Shown here: positions 38,994 through 47,049 of the stretch, one piece after another
Numbering within the stretch: the first letter of the stretch is position 1
Layout: the number at the start of each line of letters is the position of its first letter
NCBI GenBank assembly: GCA_964457845.1
Contig: CAYWHP010000002.1
Location: 46,112 to 110,111, forward strand
DNA from: an uncultured Porphyromonadaceae bacterium
Lineage (GTDB): Bacteria; Bacteroidota; Bacteroidia; Bacteroidales; UBA12481
Length of the DNA stretch: 64,000 nt
Direction: 5' to 3'
Translations under genes and position numbers: made by a program
Notes under the pieces: model-generated
The model's database searches: none
Seen by the model: the letters and a program-made list of their open reading frames with translations, nothing else
Told to the model about the DNA's origin: nothing

Positions 38994-39001
38994 CAAAGGT
39001 A
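38994..39001 (-). promoter_or_regulatory. Candidate -7 promoter box TAccTTTG for ychF
   Basis: Plus-strand caaaggta, 20 nt upstream of ATG 38974. Confidence 0.4.
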
Positions 39002-39054
39002 AAAAAATTGCTATTTTCGTCATTTCCCTTTATCAACACTGAAGAGCTATCAAT

Positions 39055-41112
39055 ATGAACAAGCAGGTTGCAGAAATGGCTGCCGACAATATCCGGATTT
39101 TATCGGCAGCGATGGTAGAGAAAGCCAAATCCGGTCATCCCGGAGGTGCCATGGGCGGGGCTGATTTCATTCAGGTTCTCTTTTCTGAATTTCTGACTTT
39201 TGATCCGGGTGATATGCGCTGGCCTTTCCGTGACCGGTTTTTTCTGGACCCCGGGCATATGTCTCCCATGCTCTATTCCGCTCTCTCGCTTTGCGGGTTC
39301 TTTTCGATGGAGGACCTGAAGAATTTCCGGCAGTGGAAGAGCATAACTCCCGGACATCCTGAAACAGATCCTGGTCGTGGGATTGAGAATACCAGTGGTC
39401 CGCTTGGCCAGGGCCATACTATGGCAGTAGGGGCGGCTATAGCCGAGCGCATCCTTGCAGACCGCTTCGGCGAATGGTCAGCACACAAAACATATGCATA
39501 TATTTCTGACGGAGGCGTGCAGGAGGAGATTTCTCAGGGTGCTGGCAGGATAGCAGGATACCTGGGATTGAAAAACCTGATCATGTTTTTTGATTCGAAC
39601 GATATTCAGTTATCTACCTCAACTTCAGCTGTTACTGTTGAGGATACCGGTTTGAAATATAAGGCCTGGGGATGGAGGGTAATGACAATCAATGGTAACA
39701 GCCAGGATGAAATTCGCAGGGCTCTTAGTGAAGCCATCGCTGAAGATGAGAAGCCGGTACTTATCATAGGCAGAACAGTGATGGGAAAAGGATGCCTCGA
39801 CGCTGCCGGCAAACCGTTTGAGGGAAAGTGCTCCACGCATGGCCAGCCAATCAGCAAGGCAGGAGCCTCTTTCGGTGCAACAATTCACAATCTTGGAGGC
39901 AATCCGGATGATCCGTTTACCATTTTTGATGAGGTAAAGGAATACTACAGAACGGTACTGCGTGCCAAGACCGACAAAGTAGCTGAACGTAAAGCGGCAG
40001 AGCAGGCATGGCAAAATGCCAATCCTGAAATGAAAAAGCGGTTGGATACATGGCTCGGCAAAAAGATTACCTCTATAGGCTGGGATCGGATCAAGATTAA
40101 GCCAAACGTAGCTACCCGTGAATCTTCCGGTGCTGTACTTGCTCATCTTGGCAGTAAGATCGAAAATCTGCTGGTGATGTCAGCGGATCTGGCAAATTCC
40201 GATAAAACGGATCTGTTCTTAAAGAACACCACGGCGCTTAGCCATCATCAATTCAGCGGATCATTCCTCCATGCCGGGGTGTCGGAGCTGACGATGGCAT
40301 CTATCGCCAACGGGGTTGCACTCCACGGAGGGATAATTCCGATCTGCGGTACTTTCTTTGTTTTCTCGGATTATATGAAACCTGCAGTCAGGCTTGCATG
40401 CCTGATGGAGCTACAGGTAATTTATGTCTGGACACATGATGCCTTCAGGGTCGGTGAAGATGGGCCAACCCATCAGCCTGTTGAACAGGAGGCCCAGATC
40501 AGGCTGATGGAGAAGCTCCATAACCATTCCGGGAAACCTTCGATGCTTGTTTTGCGACCAGCTGACACTTCAGAAGCAATTGTTTCGTGGAAGATGGCAC
40601 TTGCCAATAAGCATCGTCCAACAGCATTGCTTCTTTCAAGGCAGAATATTCAGGATCTTCCGTCGCAATCAGGCGTTGCGCGAATCACAGCGGCCGGTAG
40701 TTGTGACGCAGGAGCATACATTCTCTTAAAGACCGGGGATCACCCACAGGTTGTTCTCCTGGGAAATGGTTCTGAGGTTGCCACTCTTGTGGAGGCGGCT
40801 GGTATTCTTGAAAAAAGGCATCGTATTGAGAGCCAGATTGTATCCGTTCCGTCGGAAGGATTGTTCCTGCAGCAGAAGCCGGCATACAGGCAGGAGGTAT
40901 TACCTCCCGGACTGCCTGTTTTCGGACTGACCGCGGGAATTCCGGCGACGCTGCAGGGGCTTGCCGGCAGTAAAGGAGCGGTATGGGGATTAGACCACTT
41001 TGGTTATTCGGCACCGGCCGAAATACTGGACGATAAATTCGGCTTTACCGCCGGAAATGTGGTCAGGCAAGTTCTGGCCCTACTCAAGGGATTGAATGGA
41101 TCGAACCAATGA
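39055..41112 (+). CDS. tkt: Transketolase
   Basis: 685 aa with GHPGGAMGGADF, ISDGGVQEEISQGA (ThDP/metal site) and HDAFRVGEDGPTHQPVEQ. Confidence 0.93.
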   Translation: MNKQVAEMAADNIRILSAAMVEKAKSGHPGGAMGGADFIQVLFSEFLTFDPGDMRWPFRDRFFLDPGHMSPMLYSALSLCGFFSMEDLKNFRQWKSITPGHPETDPGRGIENTSGPLGQGHTMAVGAAIAERILADRFGEWSAHKTYAYISDGGVQEEISQGAGRIAGYLGLKNLIMFFDSNDIQLSTSTSAVTVEDTGLKYKAWGWRVMTINGNSQDEIRRALSEAIAEDEKPVLIIGRTVMGKGCLDAAGKPFEGKCSTHGQPISKAGASFGATIHNLGGNPDDPFTIFDEVKEYYRTVLRAKTDKVAERKAAEQAWQNANPEMKKRLDTWLGKKITSIGWDRIKIKPNVATRESSGAVLAHLGSKIENLLVMSADLANSDKTDLFLKNTTALSHHQFSGSFLHAGVSELTMASIANGVALHGGIIPICGTFFVFSDYMKPAVRLACLMELQVIYVWTHDAFRVGEDGPTHQPVEQEAQIRLMEKLHNHSGKPSMLVLRPADTSEAIVSWKMALANKHRPTALLLSRQNIQDLPSQSGVARITAAGSCDAGAYILLKTGDHPQVVLLGNGSEVATLVEAAGILEKRHRIESQIVSVPSEGLFLQQKPAYRQEVLPPGLPVFGLTAGIPATLQGLAGSKGAVWGLDHFGYSAPAEILDDKFGFTAGNVVRQVLALLKGLNGSNQ

Positions 41113-41647
41113 GGCGGAACTGATCCGTCAATTCCGGGATCCTGGCCAGCGTGACCGTGCTTTCCGGCTTATTCTTGAGAAATATCAGGAAAAGCTCTAT
41201 TGGCATATTCGTCGAATGGTGGTGGTTCATGAAGACACGGATGATGTTCTGCAAAATACTTTCATTAAGATATGGAAGGGCCTTCCGGGCTTTCGTGAAA
41301 CATCCGGGTTATTTACCTGGATGTATCGGATAGCGACCAACGAGGCCATAACATTCCTGAAAGCCCGTCAAAAAGATCGGGCGATGATAGCAGATGATCC
41401 GGATGACTATATCAAGGACCGGCTCAAATCGGATCCCTTCTTCGATGGAGATGAACTATTCAGGAAGCTGCTTTTGGCTATCGAACAATTGCCTCCCAAA
41501 CAGAAAAGGGTTTTTCAGATGAAGTATTTCGATGAAATGACCTATGAGGATATGGCCAAGATCCTCGAAACCTCGGTTGGGGCTTTGAAAGCTTCCTATT
41601 TTCATGCAGTTAGAAAGATTCAGGCATCATTTGAGAATAGTGATTAA
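41096..41647 (+). CDS. ECF-type sigma-70 family RNA polymerase sigma factor
   Basis: Region 2 (DVLQNTFIKIWKGLPGF...WMYRIATNEA) and region 4 HTH (MTYEDMAKILETSVGALKASYFHAVRKI). Overlaps the tkt 3' end by 17 nt. Confidence 0.88.
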   Translation: MDRTNEAELIRQFRDPGQRDRAFRLILEKYQEKLYWHIRRMVVVHEDTDDVLQNTFIKIWKGLPGFRETSGLFTWMYRIATNEAITFLKARQKDRAMIADDPDDYIKDRLKSDPFFDGDELFRKLLLAIEQLPPKQKRVFQMKYFDEMTYEDMAKILETSVGALKASYFHAVRKIQASFENSD

Positions 41648-41691
41648 ACCGCGGCGACTCATTACAGTCTAAAAATGTGGAGAGTAAAGTA

Positions 41692-42126
41692 ATGGATGAA
41701 GAAAAGTATATATGGGAGAAGGAGGGGTTCCGTAAAGATCCATACCGGGTTCCGGAAGGCTATTTTGCGGATTTTGCCGGGAAGGTAATGGAACGGCTTA
41801 AGGACGAGGCCCCCATACAAGAGCGGAACGTCCGGCTTTTCAGGCCGTGGATGGCTTGGGTATCCGGTGCCGCAGCACTTATTATTGTTGGTTGGATGGG
41901 GATTCGTAACTATTATTGGATGCCATTACAGGAAAATCGTTTTCAGGAAAGCATTGCCCTGATGGTTGACTACTATGGCGAAGAACTGCATGAAGGTGAA
42001 CTCGCAGGCTACTTTGAAGACAACAGGATTGAAGTGTTAGGGCAGGGAGCTGCGGATATGATGCAAGTGATACAGATTGAACCGGACATGGCCGAAGAGT
42101 ATATTTACGAATCGGTTGGATATTAA
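41692..42126 (+). CDS. Putative single-pass anti-sigma factor (hypothetical membrane protein)
   Basis: Position immediately after the ECF sigma gene, with one TM segment (WMAWVSGAAALIIVGWMGI). ATG at 41692; the track uses GTG at 41677. Confidence 0.45.
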   Translation: MDEEKYIWEKEGFRKDPYRVPEGYFADFAGKVMERLKDEAPIQERNVRLFRPWMAWVSGAAALIIVGWMGIRNYYWMPLQENRFQESIALMVDYYGEELHEGELAGYFEDNRIEVLGQGAADMMQVIQIEPDMAEEYIYESVGY

Positions 42127-42650
42127 TGAAAACAGCTATGAAAATAAGAAGTTTTATAACCGTATGCCTGCTGATTTTCGCGGGGATGGCCATTGGCCAG
42201 AATGAACCTCCGAAGTTTCAGGAGGCAATGGCGAGGATGAAAGCGGAGCGCGTTTCCTTCCTGACGGAGAAGCTTAGTCTGTCGGCAGACGAGGCGGAAA
42301 AATTCTGGCCAGTCTACAACGAATACCTGTCGAAAAGAGAAGAGCTCATGTGGGGCAAGCGCCAAAGAATGCCGAGAGATTTCGATCCGGGCCAAATGTC
42401 GGAAGAAGAGTTGAGCAATATGTTAAACGGTTTGCTTGAGCAGGAGGTTAAGCTGGCCCAGTTGAAAAAGGACTATTTTCTCCTGATTAAAACAGTTTTG
42501 CCTATCCAAAAGGTGCTGAAGCTTCATCGGGTTGAACAGGAGTTTATGAATCATATGCTTAACCAAATCCGGGATAATCGAAATCCTGGAGATTCAAAGA
42601 GCGGGCGCAGGGAAGAATTTAAAAATTCTCGGGACCATTTTCCCGAATAA
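42126..42650 (+). CDS. Periplasmic helical protein, Spy/CpxP-like (third gene of the ECF module)
   Basis: Signal peptide, then LSLSADEAEKFWPVYNEYLSKREEL-type helical repeats. The ATG overlaps the upstream stop by 1 nt. Family assignment is tentative. Confidence 0.4.
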   Translation: MKTAMKIRSFITVCLLIFAGMAIGQNEPPKFQEAMARMKAERVSFLTEKLSLSADEAEKFWPVYNEYLSKREELMWGKRQRMPRDFDPGQMSEEELSNMLNGLLEQEVKLAQLKKDYFLLIKTVLPIQKVLKLHRVEQEFMNHMLNQIRDNRNPGDSKSGRREEFKNSRDHFPE

Positions 42651-44115
42651 ATGTTGCGGACTCCCTTATCAGTGGATAAAGGACAACATCGCTTTGAACA
42701 AAGGGAACTTTAACCCGGTAACAATCAAGTAGTTTTTCAAGCCTTGGAGATGTTCGTGCGGGGCGGCGAAATTCCAGCGCCTGCGAGGCATTCATCAATT
42801 CAATAGCCAGAATTGTTTCCAGATTACGTAGAATCCGGAATGTCTTTGTGGCTGCATTTGCACCCATGCTGACGTGATCCTCCTGGCCGTTGGACGATTC
42901 GATGGAGTCGACACTGGCCGGCGTAGCCAGTTGTTTATTCTGGCTGACCAGCGATGCAGCAGTATATTGGGGAATCATCATTCCGGAATTCAACCCGGGC
43001 TCGGCAACCAAAAATGGCGGCAGGTTTCTTGACCCGGATAATAACTGGTAGGTTCTTCTTTCCGAAATATTTCCTATTTCAGCCATAGCAATACCAAGAA
43101 GATCGAAGGCGATGGCAAGTGGTTGTCCATGAAAGTTCCCGGCAGAAATTACAAGATCCTGTTCAGGAAAGATGGTTGGATTGTCAGTAACCGCGTTGAT
43201 TTCCCTGGAAAATACCGACGAGGCAAATTCCAGCGCATCACCGGTTGCTCCATGCACCTGTGGTATGCATCGAAAGGAATAGGGATCCTGAACCTGTGTT
43301 TTATGACCGCTGATGATTTCGCTTCCCGCAAGGAGGTCTCTGATCATCCTGGCTGTGCTGATCTGGCCGGGATGAGGCCGGATTTCCTGTATCATAGCGT
43401 CGAACGGTTCAATTCTGCCATCAAAGGCATCAATTGAGAGTGCCCCGATGGTATTTGCCCAGGCGTGGAGGTGAAACCCTTTTAGAAGACACCATATACC
43501 ATAGGCACTCATGAATTGCGTTCCATTCAACAAAGCCAGCCCTTCCTTAGCCTGCAACTCGACAGGATCAAGGTTGAATTTGCGAAGCGCATCGGCTGCC
43601 GGAACCATTTTTTCCCCAAGCCAGACCTCTCCCTCACCGATCAATGGCAGGGATAGATGAGCCAGCGGGGCAAGATCACCTGACGCACCCAGCGAGCCCT
43701 GCTCATAAACTACCGGAAGTATGTCATTATTAAAGAAGTCGATCAGGCGCATCACCGTAATGAGCTGAACGCCGGAATGGCCATAGGAGAGTGATTGTAT
43801 CTTAAGCAGCAGCATGAGCCTCACAATGTCCCTGGGAATCGGATCACCTGTGCCACAGGCATGTGACCGGACAAGATTTAACTGAAGCTTTTGAATATCC
43901 TTAACGGGAATGATCTTGTTATGCAGGGCACCGAAGCCGGTTGTAACTCCGTAAATAGGATCGGATCCATCAGCAATCTTTCGATCAAGAAATTCCCTGC
44001 ACCACACAATTTGTTTCCGTGCCTGATCCGACAGTGCCAACCTGCAAGGTTCAGTTAGTATTTCACGTATTATTTGTAAGGTCAGCCTTTTGGGGCTGAT
44101 CGTATGGGTCTTCAT
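42619..44115 (-). CDS. hutH: Histidine ammonia-lyase
   Basis: 498 aa with MIO-forming GSLGASGDLAPLAHL. The substrate-switch region LQLNLVRSHACGTG carries Ser-His as in HAL, not His-Leu (TAL) or Phe-Leu (PAL). Confidence 0.88.
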   Translation of the reverse strand: MKTHTISPKRLTLQIIREILTEPCRLALSDQARKQIVWCREFLDRKIADGSDPIYGVTTGFGALHNKIIPVKDIQKLQLNLVRSHACGTGDPIPRDIVRLMLLLKIQSLSYGHSGVQLITVMRLIDFFNNDILPVVYEQGSLGASGDLAPLAHLSLPLIGEGEVWLGEKMVPAADALRKFNLDPVELQAKEGLALLNGTQFMSAYGIWCLLKGFHLHAWANTIGALSIDAFDGRIEPFDAMIQEIRPHPGQISTARMIRDLLAGSEIISGHKTQVQDPYSFRCIPQVHGATGDALEFASSVFSREINAVTDNPTIFPEQDLVISAGNFHGQPLAIAFDLLGIAMAEIGNISERRTYQLLSGSRNLPPFLVAEPGLNSGMMIPQYTAASLVSQNKQLATPASVDSIESSNGQEDHVSMGANAATKTFRILRNLETILAIELMNASQALEFRRPARTSPRLEKLLDCYRVKVPFVQSDVVLYPLIRESATFIRENGPENF

Positions 44116-44119
44116 TTGG

Positions 44120-45517
44120 TCAGATTATTTTCCTGATTTCGTTCAGAATATCTTCAAAAGCAGCAATTACCTGTTCCCCGGAGGTCATGTTTTTTAAGGA
44201 TGCCTGACCGGCTTTTCGTTCGGTTTCTCCGATCATTACAACAAGCGGGATCTTGTTCTGATCCGCATATTGCAGTTGCTTTTTAATCTTGGCCTGGTCC
44301 GGATAAAGTTCACACCGTATACCGGCCTTCCTCAGTGTATCTGCAAGTGGCTGGCAAACTGCTGTTTCTTCCGGCCCAAAATTCAGGAAGAGGACTTCAG
44401 TGCCTGATTGTGCGAGTGCGGGAAAACCGCCGGCTTGATCCAAAACATCGTAAATCCTGTCGGCTCCAAATGATACGCCAACGCCTGAGACTCCCGGCAT
44501 GCCGAAAATACCTGTCAGGTCGTCGTACCTGCCGCCTCCGCAGATGGAGCCTATCTGAATATCCAATGACTTAACCTCAATGATTGCACCTGTGTAATAA
44601 TTGAGCCCCCTTGCCAGTGTGAGGTCCAATTCAACAGCAGCCTTAAGGTTGAATCCGGCGATCAGCTTAAGCAAATTTTCCACTTCCTGTACGCCGGCGG
44701 TACCGGTTTTTGACGGTTCCAGATAGAGCGCAAGTGCGGAGAGTTTTTCTGATTCCGATCCTGCCAGGCTAATGATCGGAGACAGCTTCTGGATCGATTC
44801 TTCGGAAATTCCTTTAGCGAGCCATTCGATTCGCACCTGATCGAATCCGATTTTATCGATTTTGTCGAGTGCAACTGTAAAATCAGTCAGGCTGGAACCG
44901 AGGCCGGATACCTCCGCAAGGCCTGCCAAAATTTTTCGGTTATTCAGCTTTATGATGATATTCAGTCCAAGCCGGTTGAAAACCTCATCGATGATCTTAA
45001 ACAGTTCCGCCTCATTGAGGAGGGAATCACTTCCGATCACATCAACATCACACTGATAAAATTCCCGATATCGCCCTTTCTGCGGGCGATCGGCCCTCCA
45101 AACAGGTTGAATCTGATAGCGTTTGAAAGGGAAAGTGATTTCATCCCTGTGCTGTACGACGAACCTGGCGAAAGGCACGGTGAGATCATAGCGCAACGCT
45201 TTTTCAGCTATCTGCAGGGCCATTGTCCTGCTGATCGAGGGAGAGTCGTCCGGTTGGGAAACCAACCTGTCGATCAGGTCAGACTTAATATCACCCGCGA
45301 AGTTGCCGGAATTGAGAACCTTAAATATAAGTTTGTCGCCTTCCTCTCCGTATTTACCCATGAGCGTTTCGAGGGTTTCCATGGCCGGGGTCTCAATCGG
45401 CAGGTAACCATATAGCTGGAATACGGATCGGATGGTATTAAACAGGTAGTTTCTCCGCATCATCGGCACGGGGCCGAAGTCGCGGGTCCCTTTTGGAATT
45501 GAAGGTTTCTGGCTCAT
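44120..45517 (-). CDS. hisS: Histidine--tRNA ligase
   Basis: 465 aa, [14 protein letters not shown]..., class II motifs ([24 protein letters not shown]; GGGRYD), and an anticodon-binding C-terminus. Confidence 0.93.
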   Translation of the reverse strand: MSQKPSIPKGTRDFGPVPMMRRNYLFNTIRSVFQLYGYLPIETPAMETLETLMGKYGEEGDKLIFKVLNSGNFAGDIKSDLIDRLVSQPDDSPSISRTMALQIAEKALRYDLTVPFARFVVQHRDEITFPFKRYQIQPVWRADRPQKGRYREFYQCDVDVIGSDSLLNEAELFKIIDEVFNRLGLNIIIKLNNRKILAGLAEVSGLGSSLTDFTVALDKIDKIGFDQVRIEWLAKGISEESIQKLSPIISLAGSESEKLSALALYLEPSKTGTAGVQEVENLLKLIAGFNLKAAVELDLTLARGLNYYTGAIIEVKSLDIQIGSICGGGRYDDLTGIFGMPGVSGVGVSFGADRIYDVLDQAGGFPALAQSGTEVLFLNFGPEETAVCQPLADTLRKAGIRCELYPDQAKIKKQLQYADQNKIPLVVMIGETERKAGQASLKNMTSGEQVIAAFEDILNEIRKII

Positions 45518-45536
45518 AATTAGTCCCGGTTGGACG

Positions 45537-45544
45537 CAAAAATA
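45537..45544 (-). promoter_or_regulatory. Candidate -7 promoter box TAttTTTG for hisS-hutH
   Basis: Plus-strand caaaaata, 20 nt upstream of ATG 45517. Confidence 0.4.
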
Positions 45545-45583
45545 GCATAAAATCGGGACCCGCGCAGGCCGGAAGCAACTGAC

Positions 45584-46162
45584 CTACCTGGAAAAGAGAT
45601 ATACGTAATCCGAAATGTAAGTTCCCATCCTGTCCCTGACATTTTTCTGGCCAAACGATTCAAGGAACTCCTTAACATTGGCGGGTCCTGCGAGGTGCGC
45701 TGCTGCCAGGATGCCCATTCGTGTTATGCGAATCGTGTCGAGCATGGTCATGCCAACAAACTGTGTGATCGAACCATGCATGATGGATTCGTTTATTTTC
45801 AGCAGTTTGTCCATTGCCTTTTCCTGTTCGCGCTCTGAAAATGAGGAAGGGTTTATCTTAAAGGATTCCAGTGTAACGTTCCGGTAGCCGGTAGCCGCCA
45901 GCGCACTTCTTCCAAACTGATACTTGCCGATGTATCCATAACGGTTGTATTCTTTCCAGTTATTGTTGGATTCATGTTTGGCAAGTGTCTTTTTAAATCG
46001 GTGGTATTTTAACTGATACTGGATCCTGTCATTACTAACTGTTTCACTTCTCATCGAATTGAGAAGCAGGAAAGGGTTGCCATCAGGTGGCAGTGCAGGC
46101 GCAGGCAGTAAGCCTGGCATAGCTACAAAAAGTATTATTGTTATGAAGTGCCTTATGGTCAT
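45584..46162 (-). CDS. Exported protein with lytic-transglycosylase-like (SLT/goose-lysozyme fold) motifs
   Basis: Signal peptide from ATG 46162 (the track start at 46186 is TTG). HESNNNW...GYIGKYQFG and AAAHLAGPANV resemble the E-S ... G-L-M-Q ... A-Y-N-x-G-P signature of family-1 transglycosylases. This is a motif-level guess only. Confidence 0.4.
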   Translation of the reverse strand: MTIRHFITIILFVAMPGLLPAPALPPDGNPFLLLNSMRSETVSNDRIQYQLKYHRFKKTLAKHESNNNWKEYNRYGYIGKYQFGRSALAATGYRNVTLESFKINPSSFSEREQEKAMDKLLKINESIMHGSITQFVGMTMLDTIRITRMGILAAAHLAGPANVKEFLESFGQKNVRDRMGTYISDYVYLFSR

Positions 46163-46301
46163 GGTGCCGGGTTCTTTACAAATCAAAACGAGGGGCCTCC
46201 TGTTTTGTTGTATGAGTATCAGGTTAGTGCTGCAAAGATGCAGATTTTCTGGCGATTACGAAAATAATGGGTGTATTGTTTTATAGATGAGTTGTTTGAC
46301 T

Positions 46302-47003
46302 TCACCTTACCGGTATTGTTACCGGATATTTCTCATTGAACCGACGCATAAAGAAGAACAGCAGATCATTTTGCTGCCGTTTTTTAACCTTCATGAATTC
46401 ATCATATAATTCCGGGTCCTGCATCAGTATAACCTGTACGGATTGTTTATTAAAGTCAAGGACCTTTCCCGTTTCAAAATCAAGAAGATACTGTCGCATT
46501 TCCTTTGTTTTCGTTGTCCGGGAATAGGGTCTTGAATAGTACGGACTCGAATAGTAGCCGGAATAGTAGCCGGAATAATAGTCGTTATAGTATGGATCAT
46601 ATCTTGTATCAAGTACCGTCACATCAGCAATGAAATGGCAGACTTTGCCAATGATTGGAATCCGGTTAAACTCTCCGTTGTACTGGATAAAGATTTTGCC
46701 ATCCTGACAATAACCCCAGATGCCTGAGGTGTTGATTTCCTGCTGAGCGCCGAATTCATCGAAATATGCAATGGTTTTGTTCTTTACGAGGTTCTTGTAA
46801 AAGCTGAAATCGAGGGGGTCGTCCTTCGAAACTATCCTGACCGAAGGAATCGGATTATTATCCCGCACCTGATTGAAATCCAGGTATAAGCCAGCTGAGA
46901 ACTGGAATTCGGGTGTATACTTAACCCGCTTTACAGAGTCGTTCTGTGCATTTCCTTCCGAAACGAGGAAGAAGCTGAGGAATGCTATGATTATACAGCG
47001 CAT
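46302..47003 (-). CDS. Hypothetical exported protein with Tyr-rich low-complexity insert
   Basis: Signal peptide MRCIIIAFLSFFLVSEGNAQ and an internal RYDPYYNDYYSGYYSGYYSSPYYSRPYSR segment. I recognise no family. Confidence 0.5.
   Translation of the reverse strand: MRCIIIAFLSFFLVSEGNAQNDSVKRVKYTPEFQFSAGLYLDFNQVRDNNPIPSVRIVSKDDPLDFSFYKNLVKNKTIAYFDEFGAQQEINTSGIWGYCQDGKIFIQYNGEFNRIPIIGKVCHFIADVTVLDTRYDPYYNDYYSGYYSGYYSSPYYSRPYSRTTKTKEMRQYLLDFETGKVLDFNKQSVQVILMQDPELYDEFMKVKKRQQNDLLFFFMRRFNEKYPVTIPVR
46548..46583 (-). repeat. Tandem 12-nt coding repeat (gaatagtagccg, 2 perfect copies plus 1 imperfect) encoding (Y)YSGY units
   Basis: gaatagtagccg at 46548..46559 and 46560..46571, then gaataatagtcg at 46572..46583. 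Related gaatag-initiated 12-mers start at 46521 and 46533. Confidence 0.8.
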
Positions 47004-47049
47004 AAATTCAAAATTACTTTATTTACTTTTAAAGACTTCAACCTTTGAT

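Noticed and set aside
42619-44115. Possibility that the stand-alone ammonia-lyase is a tyrosine/phenylalanine ammonia-lyase feeding flexirubin-type pigment synthesis.
   Set aside because: The substrate-selectivity position reads Ser-His (LVRSHACG), as in histidine ammonia-lyases, not His-Leu or Phe-Leu. No polyketide or pigment genes are adjacent.
47009-47016. TAatTTTG box only 6 nt upstream of the ATG of the Tyr-rich protein gene.
   Set aside because: The spacing would require a leaderless transcript starting at or within the start codon. That is possible, but a chance match in an AT-rich spacer cannot be excluded, so I did not list it as a feature.
46873-47049. 59-codon upstream extension of the aldehyde dehydrogenase ORF, overlapping the opposite-strand Tyr-rich protein gene.
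   Set aside because: Aldehyde dehydrogenase similarity starts at MEKYKIYAAGRF (ATG 47050). The extension is the antisense of the neighbouring gene's signal-peptide region.
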